From contig JAHDVH010000002.1 of assembly GCA_023382385.1 (NCBI GenBank), positions 4,957 through 68,956 on the forward strand: a stretch of DNA of 64,000 nucleotides, given 5' to 3'. Source of the DNA: a bacterium (GTDB lineage Bacteria; Electryoneota; RPQS01). Shown piece by piece: positions 9,095 to 19,028 of this stretch; within the stretch, counting starts at the first letter, position 1, and each line of letters starts with the position of its first letter. The position numbers and the translations under genes are program-made. The notes below the pieces were generated by a model. The model was not told where the DNA came from, did not search any database, and saw only the letters and a list, made by a program, of their open reading frames with translations.

Positions 9095-10078
9095 TTATGC
9101 AGCTTTTGCACCGCTCCACCAGGAAACGAAACCTCGCAAACCTTCAATAAGTGGAACCTGTGGAGTGAAGCCAAGCGCGCGTAGTTTAGACACATTTGCC
9201 TGCTCGCACTCGGCCTCGCTATAGGGCATTTCAGCCGGGAACTGCGGCAGTGATTGTTCAGTTAAATTACATAGATGCGTTGCAATCTCTTGCATGCTCA
9301 AGCTTTGCCCCGATGCAATATTTATTGCACCCTCCACGTGACCGCTCAGAATGCAATGGACTGCAAACAGAACGTCCCCCGCATGAATCAGATCGCGACG
9401 GGCTGTCGCCGGATAGTCAGCAATGATCGCACGGGATTTTGGTCCAAGGATTTTCATAACTAAATCGTAGACGGGATTACACCGGAGACCTGGTCCGTAA
9501 GCTGAGAAGACACGCAACGTGTTCAGCTTCAATTCGTGTGCATTCGCAAATTCCGCTGCGACTTCTTCTGCTATGGCATGGAACCGACCTTCACGCGATA
9601 CCGGCGCAAGTTCTCTTTCCTCACTCGCATCCTCTTCGCACTGCCCATATACGGCGGCCGAGGATAGGAGAATAAGTTTCGCGGTCGGAGTATGGCGGCG
9701 CACAGCTTCACAGAGCGCTACTGTCTTATCCACAATACGATTGTAGATTGCGATTGGCGAACGCGAGATACTGTTTTGAGCCGGCTCTGCGGAAGCATGC
9801 AGTACCACATCAGGAGAGAACAAAGCCATAGCTTCAGCGAAGCGATGGTCTATAAGCGAAAGGTTGAAGGCTGGCAGAGTCTGTTTGAGCGCGAAGTAGC
9901 TATCTTCCTGAACGACTTGAACGGCCACTTCGTACCCGTTATCGCGAAGACCCAAGGCGAGGTATTTCGCGAGTGAGTTTTCCGCTCCGGTTACCAGCAA
10001 ACGTTTTCGCTTCGTGCCGTCCGGCAAGGGTTTCAGACTGCGTGGTTGTTGAGCAGCACTGGATTTAAATGTGATCAT
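9095..10078 (-). CDS. NAD-dependent epimerase/dehydratase family protein (sugar nucleotide modification)
   Basis: Extended-SDR-like architecture with an N-terminal Rossmann region LLVTGAENSLAKYL. Overlaps the downstream cytidylyltransferase gene by 4 nt, suggesting an operon. Confidence 0.65.
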   Translation of the reverse strand: MITFKSSAAQQPRSLKPLPDGTKRKRLLVTGAENSLAKYLALGLRDNGYEVAVQVVQEDSYFALKQTLPAFNLSLIDHRFAEAMALFSPDVVLHASAEPAQNSISRSPIAIYNRIVDKTVALCEAVRRHTPTAKLILLSSAAVYGQCEEDASEERELAPVSREGRFHAIAEEVAAEFANAHELKLNTLRVFSAYGPGLRCNPVYDLVMKILGPKSRAIIADYPATARRDLIHAGDVLFAVHCILSGHVEGAINIASGQSLSMQEIATHLCNLTEQSLPQFPAEMPYSEAECEQANVSKLRALGFTPQVPLIEGLRGFVSWWSGAKAA

Positions 10079-10827
10079 TGGGTTTTCTTGTATGCTGTTG
10101 ATGTACTCTCGGCAATTGGTGGGGTGTCAGGTGCATCAAAATCTCGACTCATGTCTTGCCACACCGCCAGCGCCTCTTCCCATGGGAAATAGCGCTCTCC
10201 AAAGTGCTCAAAGACCCGTCGGATGCGATCGAGATCCTGCAATGCCGCTACCTGCCACGAAATGGACGAATGATTCGCAGCGGCTTGAAGCGTTTCCACT
10301 TTGATGACATCCGTCCTCCGTAAGAGGTAGGTTTCAAGATGGTGTCGCGAACCTGGATGGGAATCCTCAATCCAGATCTTGCGCAGTGTTTCGATGCGAA
10401 TCGCATCAACCTCGAGTCCGAGCGGAAATGTCGGAAAGGGAAGCCTGTTTGTTGCCCAATCCGCATCTGGGGAAGTCAGGAGCTTATCAACAACCCGATC
10501 AATCAGCTCGCCGTCTATGAGCGGACAGCTTGCGCGCAAGGGCACTACTACGTCGGCGCAGTAGGCAATCGCCGTTCGATAAACACGGTCGACCAAATCG
10601 AGCTCTGACCCTCGGAAGCAAAAGTGCCCGTTGGACACACAAAGGGTCTCGATCGCGTCATCCTCGCGTGAGTCGGGCAAAGCAACAACAAGGTCATGCA
10701 GGTATCGTGAGCGTGCGGCACGGGTAAGAACTTGCATGAGCATTGGTTTGCCGGAGAGCTCTCGCAAGACCTTGCCCGGAAGCCGCTCAGACCCCCTACG
10801 AGCTACCACAATTCCTAAGATTTTCAT
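10075..10827 (-). CDS. Cytidylyltransferase, acylneuraminate cytidylyltransferase/SpsF-like (CTP_transf_3)
   Basis: N-terminal motif ILGIVVARRGSERLPGKVLRELSGKPML, typical of NeuA/KdsB/SpsF-type cytidylyltransferases. Confidence 0.7.
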   Translation of the reverse strand: MKILGIVVARRGSERLPGKVLRELSGKPMLMQVLTRAARSRYLHDLVVALPDSREDDAIETLCVSNGHFCFRGSELDLVDRVYRTAIAYCADVVVPLRASCPLIDGELIDRVVDKLLTSPDADWATNRLPFPTFPLGLEVDAIRIETLRKIWIEDSHPGSRHHLETYLLRRTDVIKVETLQAAANHSSISWQVAALQDLDRIRRVFEHFGERYFPWEEALAVWQDMSRDFDAPDTPPIAESTSTAYKKTQ

Positions 10828-10870
10828 GATTTATCGCCTGATATTCATCAGAGTAGTCAACCGAGACTAA

Positions 10871-12286
10871 GTGGACGTGTCAAAACAGGCTTCAACACCG
10901 GATAACAAAGAGCAAGAATCACTCCAGCACTCCTCGAAGTTTGACCACGAGGGTGGCGGCCACTTGACCGGGAGGTTGGCAGGTGACGTTACGGCTCTTG
11001 CTAGCGATGGACGTGGAGTTGTCAAAACCAAGGAGCAGGTATTCTTCGCAAGAAGTGTGGTGCCTGGTGATAGGGTGGCCTTCAAGCCCGACCTTTCCTC
11101 CAAGCCGGCTTCAGCACTGGATGTAAAGGTCCTTAGACGGTCCGAGTACCGTGCCGTCCATCCTTGCCGACACGCAAAAGAGTGCCAAGCATCCGTCTGG
11201 GGAATTGTCAGCTACGAACGGCAATTAATAGAAAAACAAGATCTTGTGCGAAGAGTCATGCGAGGTGCCGTTGACCCTGCGGTCATACGAGAGATCGTGC
11301 CAAGTCCACTCCAGTGGGCTTATCGAAATCGAGTCGGCCTGCAGGTTTCAGCCAAGCCTCGCGGTGGATTCGATCTGGGCTACGCTTCCGGCGCGAGAGA
11401 CTCTGCGATAGTCGGAATCTCATCCTGTCTCCTCGCGAGCGACACTATTTCGGAAGCGATAAAAAGAGTTGCAGAGTGTCTTGCCAGTGACAGAGCACTA
11501 TCTCGCGATGCGCTTCCCCATCGGCTTTCGCTCTTCGAAACTGCCGCTGGTGCGGGCGGATTGGCGGTCTACAAGGGAAGACCCAAGGAGACAGATGTTC
11601 AGCTTTTCCTTGAGTTTGCACTTAGCTTTGAGTTAGCAGGGGGAATCTGGGCTGCAAATGGTAGTCAGGCGGGTTTGGTGGGAGAGCGAGGCATGTTTTG
11701 GAGAACAAAGGAGAGCCGATCCATGCTCGTTGAGTGGCTCGGCCACAAATTCGACGTCCATCCGGCAAGCTTCGCACAGGTTAATAACGGCTCAGCACAG
11801 TTCATCTTACAGCATTTGTTTGGCCATCGGCACGAGTTCCATTCATCACAAGTGTGGGACCTATATGGCGGCTACGGTGCTCTTGGATTTGCTTTGGCAT
11901 TGGAGGGGGCAAAGTTGTGCGTCGTCGAGCAGAATTCGTGGTCAGAGAGCACCTTCAAGAAACTTCAAGAACTGAATCCTCTCGTCGAGGCTAAATTTAT
12001 CAAGGGAGACGTCGCGCGGCTACTCTCCAAGTCCCAAGTCAAATTGGGGAAAGATGACCTCGTGATTTTAGACCCGCCTCGCTCCGGTTGCCATCCGGAA
12101 GTCCTCGAGGCAATTGTGAAGGCAAGGACCGATCGCATCCTCTACCTCTCGTGCAATCCGGCGCGGTTTGCTCGAGACCTGAAGATTCTGGCCGCTTCGG
12201 CGTATCAAGCCAAAGAGATTTTGCCAGTGGACTTCTTTCCGCAAACCCCTGAAATAGAGGTGCTTGCTTTAATCGAAAAGTGCTGA
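10871..12286 (+). CDS. rlmD: 23S rRNA (uracil-5)-methyltransferase RlmD/RumA-like (TRAM domain plus class I SAM methyltransferase)
   Basis: TRAM-like N terminus (GDVTALASDGRGVVKTKEQVFFARSVVPGDRV). C-terminal motif LDPPRSGCHPEVLEAIVKARTDRILYLSCNPARFARDL characteristic of RumA/TrmA methyltransferases. GTG start at 10871 (alternative ATG nearby). Confidence 0.75.
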   Translation: MDVSKQASTPDNKEQESLQHSSKFDHEGGGHLTGRLAGDVTALASDGRGVVKTKEQVFFARSVVPGDRVAFKPDLSSKPASALDVKVLRRSEYRAVHPCRHAKECQASVWGIVSYERQLIEKQDLVRRVMRGAVDPAVIREIVPSPLQWAYRNRVGLQVSAKPRGGFDLGYASGARDSAIVGISSCLLASDTISEAIKRVAECLASDRALSRDALPHRLSLFETAAGAGGLAVYKGRPKETDVQLFLEFALSFELAGGIWAANGSQAGLVGERGMFWRTKESRSMLVEWLGHKFDVHPASFAQVNNGSAQFILQHLFGHRHEFHSSQVWDLYGGYGALGFALALEGAKLCVVEQNSWSESTFKKLQELNPLVEAKFIKGDVARLLSKSQVKLGKDDLVILDPPRSGCHPEVLEAIVKARTDRILYLSCNPARFARDLKILAASAYQAKEILPVDFFPQTPEIEVLALIEKC

Positions 12287-12359
12287 GGTATTGAATTATT
12301 GCCCAAAACCAACTATAATGGACATGATGCAGTCAGGATTCAATATGAGGGAGAGAAGC

Positions 12360-12902
12360 ATGAACAAGCGATTAGTTACACTCATGGTGATGGCAGTGGC
12401 AATGGCAAACGCAGCCTGGGCGGGTACGAACATTGGATTAAGGGGCATTGGCGGGAGAGCAGGATTCGTCTTCCCGGATGGAGGTGACGGCACGATAACC
12501 TTGGGTGCCGTTGCGGACATGGGAACGTGGACCGATAACCTTCCTTGGGAATTCGCTTTGACATGGTGGAACAGCGGTGAAAAGCGCAGGTACTTTGGCG
12601 ACAAGTACGACTTTAGCATCACGGACATCGCGCTGCGCAGCACGATTGCGTATCAGTTTGAACTTGACAAAGGGCTTTACCTCTACCCGGGAGCCGGACT
12701 TGGCGTGCACTTCATCAGTCTGAATCATGACTATCCCGGCGGCTATGACGACTCAGACACGGAGCTAAGCCTCATCATTCTCGGTGGCCTGCAGTTTCCC
12801 ATTTCTGGAAAATGGCACGGACAAACAGAGCTTCAATTTGATTTGGGTGATGCAGAGCAGACCAATCTGCAGATCGACTTCATCTACTCACTGGGCAAAT
12901 AG
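12360..12902 (+). CDS. Hypothetical secreted or outer-membrane protein
   Basis: The ATG at 12360 is preceded by GAGGGAGAGAAGC (ribosome-binding-site-like). Signal peptide MNKRLVTLMVMAVAMANAAWAG. Alternating hydrophobic pattern compatible with a small beta-barrel. No recognisable catalytic motif. Confidence 0.5.
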   Translation: MNKRLVTLMVMAVAMANAAWAGTNIGLRGIGGRAGFVFPDGGDGTITLGAVADMGTWTDNLPWEFALTWWNSGEKRRYFGDKYDFSITDIALRSTIAYQFELDKGLYLYPGAGLGVHFISLNHDYPGGYDDSDTELSLIILGGLQFPISGKWHGQTELQFDLGDAEQTNLQIDFIYSLGK

Positions 12903-12928
12903 GACTCAAATGACGTGCAGGAGGAGCT

Positions 12929-14620
12929 TTGCGCTCACTATCGGATAAGATTGCGCACGCACGGACTTTGGGGGAGAGAGCTCAGGCTCTCTCCCCCATT
13001 CCGTTTCAAAACGTGGGACAACTGCTTGTCTCGCAGGTAGCGGTCCGTCCTGAGCAGCCTTACTTAATCTTCTATTCGGAAACCGGTGAGCGGAACGAAT
13101 GGAGCTATCGGGAATTTGCTGGACGAGTATGGCAAACGGTTCGATTACTGCAAAGTTTTGGAATTACACGCGGCGACCGGATTGCAACGGTTTCGCACAA
13201 TCATGCAGACACGGTCGTCCAGTATTTTGCAGCCTGGGCAATGGGCGTTGTGGCCGTACCGATCAACCTTGGGGAAACGGATGATCGCATCGCGTTCATC
13301 CTTGGCAATTCCGAAACGAAACTTGCCTTTGTGCGCGAATCCTATCTTGAGCGAATTGCTCACCTCAAGGAGAAGTTACCACAATTCCAAACGATTGTGC
13401 AGACTGGCGGCGCCGCTCAACCAGCGTATCCGCATTACTCAATAGAGAGTGTGAAATACTCTGCCGATGCGCTGGAGTTCCCCGATGTTGGCCTCGAAGA
13501 TGAGGTATTAATTGTCTACACATCAGGGACGACAGGAAATCCTAAGGGTGTCGTGTTGGTTCAGCAGAATTTGTTGACGGACGCCCAAGGGATCAGTGAC
13601 TGGCACGGACTGACTGCGCCCCAGAGAATGATGTGCATACTTCCCATTCATCACGTCAACGGCACAGTCGTCACGCTGATTACTCCCATGTATTACGGTG
13701 GCACGACTGTACTTAACCAGAAGTTCTCTACCCATCACTTTTTCGAACGGCTTGCCCGAGAGGACGTTCAAGTCGTCAGTGTTGTCCCGACAATCCTGCA
13801 GTTTCTCTTGCACGAACCGGCACTTGAGGGAAAGCAACCTTTTCTGCCTGATTTCCGTCATATTATATGCGGGGCGGGGCCCCTTACGGTCGAACTTGCA
13901 AGTGCCTTTGAAGACCGCTTCGGCCTCAGGATTGTACATGGTTACGGACTGTCTGAGACGACTTGTTACTCTTGTTTTCTTCCCATTGATTTGTCAGACG
14001 ATGAGCACAAGAAGTGGATGCGAGGTTTTGGCTTTCCGTCAATCGGTGTGCCGATTCCACAGAACGAAATGGAAATCCATGACGAACAAGGTCGCCCGTT
14101 ACCCCAGGACCACAAGGGAGAAATTGTGATTCGCGGGGTAAACGTGATGAAGCACTATTTCGCGAACCCGGAAGCAAATGAGAAGACTTTTGAATTTGGC
14201 TGGTTTCGTTCCGGGGACGAGGGGTTTTATAAGCTCGATGAACGAGGTCGAAAGTTTTTCTTCATCACCGGCCGGCTAAAGGAACTCATCATCCGCGGTG
14301 GTGTGAACATTTCACCTTTTGAGATTGACGAGATCCTCGCACAGATTCCCGGCGTTGAGAAGGCTATGGCCGTTGGCTTCGAGAATGACTGGTATGGCGA
14401 AGAGGTTGGAGCGTACGTATGCCTGCGTGCAGGAGCATCCGTCAGCGAGAGTGACATTCTCAAATTCTGTGCGGAGCGGCTTCAATCCGCAAAATGTCCA
14501 AAAGTAGTTGTTTTTGGCAAGGAATTCCCCGTAACATCAACGGGCAAATACCAGCGGAACAAGTGCAAACATCTATTTAGTGAGTACAAGTCAGTTCAGT
14601 TTCCAAGGAAAGACAAATAG
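12929..14620 (+). CDS. AMP-dependent synthetase/ligase (acyl-CoA synthetase family)
   Basis: AMP-binding signature YTSGTTGNPKGV plus downstream GYGLSETT and GWFRSGD-type motifs. TTG start at 12929 preceded by AGGAGG. Confidence 0.85.
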   Translation: MRSLSDKIAHARTLGERAQALSPIPFQNVGQLLVSQVAVRPEQPYLIFYSETGERNEWSYREFAGRVWQTVRLLQSFGITRGDRIATVSHNHADTVVQYFAAWAMGVVAVPINLGETDDRIAFILGNSETKLAFVRESYLERIAHLKEKLPQFQTIVQTGGAAQPAYPHYSIESVKYSADALEFPDVGLEDEVLIVYTSGTTGNPKGVVLVQQNLLTDAQGISDWHGLTAPQRMMCILPIHHVNGTVVTLITPMYYGGTTVLNQKFSTHHFFERLAREDVQVVSVVPTILQFLLHEPALEGKQPFLPDFRHIICGAGPLTVELASAFEDRFGLRIVHGYGLSETTCYSCFLPIDLSDDEHKKWMRGFGFPSIGVPIPQNEMEIHDEQGRPLPQDHKGEIVIRGVNVMKHYFANPEANEKTFEFGWFRSGDEGFYKLDERGRKFFFITGRLKELIIRGGVNISPFEIDEILAQIPGVEKAMAVGFENDWYGEEVGAYVCLRAGASVSESDILKFCAERLQSAKCPKVVVFGKEFPVTSTGKYQRNKCKHLFSEYKSVQFPRKDK

Positions 14621-14633
14621 ATTGAGGCTCTCA

Positions 14634-16547
14634 ATGAAGAAACTACTTGCTTCCATTCTGCTCGCAAGCTGTGCAATCGTATATGCTGATACACCACCTC
14701 CGACGATGTTGACGCAAGGGAAATACATTCCCGACATTGGAACGTTCCTGCAGATAGGTAATTGGAGTGCTGCGGGAAACAGCTGGGACGGGAAAGACGT
14801 TTATGTGACATCTTCCGCGTCCGGCGAATCCCAGGTGTACCGAATCTTGGAGAGTGGCTGGCCCTACCAGCTGACCACCTTTGAAGATGGGATAGACGGA
14901 TTTACTCTTGCGCATAGCGGGCATGCTGCGATCGTGCAAGCTTCTGTCGGAGGCGACGAGAATTCACAGCTCTATTTAATGGACACAAAGACCGGACAAA
15001 TCCTTAAGCTCACCGATCGCCCAAAAGTGCAGTACGGGTCAGTCGTTTGGGCAAAAGACGACTCGAAGATCTATTACCGCTCCAATGAAGAGAACGGCAC
15101 GGACTTCTTTATTTATGAGATGAGTATTTTATCAGGTGAGAGTAAGAAGATCTTCAGCGGTGTGAAAGGGTCTAACACAATTGCCGAACTCTCGATGGAT
15201 GGCAATCACATGATCATTTCCACTTGGACTTCGAATGTCAACAACGACCTGCATCACCTTGATCTAACCTCCGGCAAGTGGAAGACCATCACAAAGGACA
15301 AAGGTGATGTCAACTACGTCTCAGTGACCCTAATGCCGGACAACCAGACTCTTTGGCTCGTGTGCAACGATAACAAGGACGGTATATTCCGGATTGCGAA
15401 TATGAAATTGAATTCGCCGAAAGTGACATGGGTAAACGATGGATGGCTGGATTCGAGGTGGGAATGCGAAGGACTTGGCTTTTCTCGCGACTTCAAGTAT
15501 ATGGCGGCTTCCACGAACGAAGACGGGTGGGGACGCGCGAAAGTTCGCGAGGTGCAAAGTGGAAGAGCTGTTCCATTGCCGGAGTTGGATGGGCAGATGA
15601 GCATCGCCGGATTCACGCGCGACGGAGAAATGATTCTCACTTTCTCGAGTCCGACCAAAGCACCGGACGTATATCGCTGGAATCCGACCACGCAGAAACT
15701 TACCCAATTGACGCACTCGATTTACGCAGGCATTGATCCGGCAATCTTCCGCGATCCGCAGTTAGTGCGGTTCCCAAGTTTTGATGGACTCGAGATTTCC
15801 GGATATCTCTACTTACCACCCGACTACGTAAATGGCCGGCCGGTGCCCTTCATTGTGGAAGCACATGGTGGCCCGGAATCGCAGTTTCGTCCTTTCTTCA
15901 TTCGCAACATTCAGTATATGATGCTGAATGGATACGGCGTGTTTTGTTTGAATCCCCGCGGCTCCTCGGGATACGGACGAGAGTTCATGGCTTTGGACAA
16001 CTATAAGCTCCGCAAGAACTCTCTTAAGGACTACAAAGCCGCGACCGATTGGTTGATTGCAAACGGGTACACAGCGCCGGGCATGATTGGCATTCGCGGC
16101 GGCAGCTACGGTGGCTACGTTGCGATGGGAATGATCACAGAGTACCCCGATCTCTATAATGCAGCCGTGAACATTGTAGGAATTGTGAACTTCAAGACAT
16201 TCCTTGAAAAGACGGCAGACTATCGAAGGGCATTGCGAGAATCGGAATACGGTCCCCTATCCGATCCCAAGTTCCTCGAAGAAGTATCTCCAATCCACAA
16301 GGCACACTTGATTAAGACGCCACTGCTGGTGATTCACGGCGAAAATGATCCCCGCGTACCAGTCTTTGAAGCGCGACAAATCATTGCAGAGCTGCAAAGT
16401 ATCGGGACCCCGGTTGATTCTCTGATCTTTCCAGATGAAGGCCATGGCGCAAGCAAACGTGAAAACGTGATAGCAGAATACCGCAAGCAGGTTGAATTCT
16501 TTGACACCCACTTGAAAGGACTTCGCAGGCCCGAAGTCAAAGAGTAG
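14634..16547 (+). CDS. S9 family serine peptidase (prolyl oligopeptidase/dipeptidyl aminopeptidase-like) with N-terminal beta-propeller
   Basis: Signal peptide MKKLLASILLASCAIVYA. Catalytic nucleophile motif GGSYGGY (GxSxGG). C-terminal alpha/beta-hydrolase His region HGENDPRV...DEGHG. Confidence 0.8.
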   Translation: MKKLLASILLASCAIVYADTPPPTMLTQGKYIPDIGTFLQIGNWSAAGNSWDGKDVYVTSSASGESQVYRILESGWPYQLTTFEDGIDGFTLAHSGHAAIVQASVGGDENSQLYLMDTKTGQILKLTDRPKVQYGSVVWAKDDSKIYYRSNEENGTDFFIYEMSILSGESKKIFSGVKGSNTIAELSMDGNHMIISTWTSNVNNDLHHLDLTSGKWKTITKDKGDVNYVSVTLMPDNQTLWLVCNDNKDGIFRIANMKLNSPKVTWVNDGWLDSRWECEGLGFSRDFKYMAASTNEDGWGRAKVREVQSGRAVPLPELDGQMSIAGFTRDGEMILTFSSPTKAPDVYRWNPTTQKLTQLTHSIYAGIDPAIFRDPQLVRFPSFDGLEISGYLYLPPDYVNGRPVPFIVEAHGGPESQFRPFFIRNIQYMMLNGYGVFCLNPRGSSGYGREFMALDNYKLRKNSLKDYKAATDWLIANGYTAPGMIGIRGGSYGGYVAMGMITEYPDLYNAAVNIVGIVNFKTFLEKTADYRRALRESEYGPLSDPKFLEEVSPIHKAHLIKTPLLVIHGENDPRVPVFEARQIIAELQSIGTPVDSLIFPDEGHGASKRENVIAEYRKQVEFFDTHLKGLRRPEVKE

Positions 16548-16592
16548 CTTGCGTCGACGTTGTGGCTGCCTTTGCAATCGCTGACATTGAAA

Positions 16593-16620
16593 GAAGCCCG
16601 GCCAAATTGAGCCGGGCTTC
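16593..16620. terminator. Bidirectional rho-independent terminator
   Basis: Perfect hairpin gaagcccggc-caaattga-gccgggcttc between convergent genes. On the minus strand it is followed by a T-rich tract. Confidence 0.55.
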
Positions 16621-16622
16621 GA

Positions 16623-17744
16623 TTAATGCGAAATCTGCATGTGCCACCACTTAAGGATATCCGGCAAACGTCTTCGCCACGACAGCTCGTTGTGTTCACC
16701 TTCTGGATCAATTGCGCAACGGACAGTAACACCGTTTTGGACTAGCAGGCGTTCAAATTCGCGCACTGCCTCAATCATTTGGTTGGACAGTTCCTTATTG
16801 CCGCCAAACTCAAGCGCACCATAGTCGATCGAAAACTTCACATCGGAATGGAAATTCTGCGCTAATCTAAGAATCCGTCCTCCCGCCACGCTCATTGTAG
16901 GACTCAAGGATAAAGCGCAACCAAACACGTCCGGTCGAGTCAACCCGGCGTACAGAGAGATCAACCCTCCGAGCGACGAACCGCAAACCGCAGTGAACTC
17001 GCGCTCCGGCTTTGTTCGGTATTGTCGATCGATCATCTGCTTGACAGTTTGCAGAATGAAGCGAATGTAACGCTCACCCTGACCACGTGAGCGTCGAAAG
17101 TCGTCCGGCCAGGGTGAATACTCGTGGAGTCGACCAACGCCGACATTGGGAATTCCCACAACGATGTGTCGCAATCCGTCTCGCTCTGCGAGTTCTGTCG
17201 AAATCTCATCCACTCCCCACTCGCGATCAAACGCAGTTACGTCATCGAACAGATTCTGTCCGTCATGCATATAGAGAACAGGGTAACGCACATCGGTCTC
17301 TCTATCGTACCCTGGGGGGAGCCAAACCAGAACATCACGGATATTGCCAAGTTGCGGCGCAAAGACGTCCTTAATCACACGCAACTCACCCACCACAGTA
17401 TGCTTTGGGCGCCAACTTGCCGCACCTGGGTGCAAGTCACACCATCCTCCGACTTCGATCTTCAAGTCGCCATTTGTAGACTCCAAGGTCACAACACGAT
17501 TGTCAACGGACTTCCCGTCAGCTGAACACTCAACGGTGTCCCAAGTCCCGCGAGTGACTTTGAATTCCACCCTGACAAGTTCAGACGGCAACTCAAATAC
17601 GTAACATCCATCATCCCTCCGTCTCAGCCGCGAGGAAGGGTGTTCGGCGCTCCAGCCATTAAAGTCTCCTGCAAGGTAAATGGATGAATCCGCAGGTGTG
17701 CCCGGCGGAACGCACACGACTAACGTTCGGCTGCCTTGACTCAT
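16623..17744 (-). CDS. Alpha/beta-hydrolase esterase (PF00756 'putative esterase'/Fes-like family) with N-terminal CBM48/AMPK-beta-like carbohydrate-binding domain
   Basis: N terminus IYLAGDFNGWSAEHP...DGCYVFELP...VEFKVTRGTWDTVE resembles a glycogen-binding/CBM48 domain. Esterase serine motif GSSLGG. The start codon overlaps the stop of the upstream ATP-grasp gene (ATGA overlap at 17741-17744). Confidence 0.7.
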   Translation of the reverse strand: MSQGSRTLVVCVPPGTPADSSIYLAGDFNGWSAEHPSSRLRRRDDGCYVFELPSELVRVEFKVTRGTWDTVECSADGKSVDNRVVTLESTNGDLKIEVGGWCDLHPGAASWRPKHTVVGELRVIKDVFAPQLGNIRDVLVWLPPGYDRETDVRYPVLYMHDGQNLFDDVTAFDREWGVDEISTELAERDGLRHIVVGIPNVGVGRLHEYSPWPDDFRRSRGQGERYIRFILQTVKQMIDRQYRTKPEREFTAVCGSSLGGLISLYAGLTRPDVFGCALSLSPTMSVAGGRILRLAQNFHSDVKFSIDYGALEFGGNKELSNQMIEAVREFERLLVQNGVTVRCAIDPEGEHNELSWRRRLPDILKWWHMQISH

Positions 17745-19015
17745 ACTTTTTGAGCGAGACGGTCTTGCTCGGTCTGGGCCCAATAACCAATTAGGCCGCG
17801 ATAATGTGCAATGAACTGCTCCTGCTCATGCTGCGGAAACGAGCGGCGGCAACGTTCCACAAGAATCTCATCCCACTCCGGACTCGTGAAGAATTCAAGA
17901 GCGAGTTCGTCCAGATGCGGCAAATGCGCAGCGCAAAAGACGTCAAATCTTTCGGCCTCAAAATAGCGAAGAGCCAGCTCATGATAGAGTTCAAGCTTTT
18001 CTTCAAACGGTATGTCGCGATCGGCGATAGCAAAATAGTCACGCGATTGCAGGTCTACTCTGGTCTTGCGATTGGTGACAGCACAATAGAGTGACCATCG
18101 CACCAGTGCCTTGATTGCCCATGGGAAATAGTAATGCAGAGACACAAGAGATGTGTCAGGAACAGCGTTGGCAAAGTCAATCGGGTAAATCGCATTGTCA
18201 CGCAGCAGCGACTCACAGGAATTATATTCCCAGCCGAAAAAGGCGTTGATGATCCGAGTAAGTTTTACGAGATAGTCGCCTTGCTTCGCACTCAAGAAAT
18301 CGTGCTCGATTCGATATCGATTGTGCAGCGGTTGATCCGGGTCGTAACGCATCGGTAACACCTGCGGCCCACAACCAAGACAGCGGCAGAAGATTTCGTA
18401 ATCGGTGATTCCCTTTTGAATATGCATGGTCTGCATACCGGACTCATCATATGCTCGGTGCAGTTCTGCTCTGTTCCTGATGTGCGAAACTCCGCGCCAG
18501 CCTCCGCCGTCGTAAGGTTTCATGAAAACCGGATAGCCGCCAATATTCTCGACAACTTCGTCCAGACTGAACAGATTATGGTAGTATTCCATCGTCACAC
18601 GCGCGCGCTCATCAGTTGGATCCCAGTCCTTCTGCGGGATCAGCCACGTCTCAGGGATGTCGAATCCCAGTCTGATCATCACGCAATATGCGGAATTCTT
18701 TTCCATGGACTGAAACGTGAACGGATTATTAATCGTGTGCGCATCGTTGACAAGAATTGACTTCTTGAGCCATTCACGAACCGTCATATGCCAGTACCCG
18801 AGTCGATCAATGATGACATGCCGAGTGACCGGCTGACGGAGGTTGAACGGTTCAATCATGAGTCGCTCGACCTCAAAGTCAAAGCGACGGCCCTGATAGT
18901 CAAGGTGCGAGCCGAGTTTGTTTATCAATGCTTCATAAGATAGCGGCCATGCGTACTCATTACCGAGCAGTAAGCCGATGCGCCGCAGCGTGTGTGGGAG
19001 CTGATCGTGTTGCAT
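17741..19015 (-). CDS. ATP-grasp domain protein (carboxylate-amine ligase) with C-terminal extension of unknown function
   Basis: ATP-grasp core YPVFMKPYDGGGWRGVSHIRNRAELHRAY...MHIQKGI, comparable to RimK/GshB-type motifs. About 424 aa. Translationally coupled to the downstream esterase. Confidence 0.6.
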   Translation of the reverse strand: MQHDQLPHTLRRIGLLLGNEYAWPLSYEALINKLGSHLDYQGRRFDFEVERLMIEPFNLRQPVTRHVIIDRLGYWHMTVREWLKKSILVNDAHTINNPFTFQSMEKNSAYCVMIRLGFDIPETWLIPQKDWDPTDERARVTMEYYHNLFSLDEVVENIGGYPVFMKPYDGGGWRGVSHIRNRAELHRAYDESGMQTMHIQKGITDYEIFCRCLGCGPQVLPMRYDPDQPLHNRYRIEHDFLSAKQGDYLVKLTRIINAFFGWEYNSCESLLRDNAIYPIDFANAVPDTSLVSLHYYFPWAIKALVRWSLYCAVTNRKTRVDLQSRDYFAIADRDIPFEEKLELYHELALRYFEAERFDVFCAAHLPHLDELALEFFTSPEWDEILVERCRRSFPQHEQEQFIAHYRGLIGYWAQTEQDRLAQKV

Positions 19016-19028
19016 AGTGTGGAAGTGC

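Noticed and set aside
12291-12359. N-terminal extension of the 12291 ORF (MNYCPKPTIMDMMQSGFNMRERS) before the signal peptide.
   Set aside because: The extension lacks a ribosome-binding site and would bury the signal peptide. The ATG at 12360 has a GAGGGAGAGAAGC upstream element and starts directly with a signal peptide.
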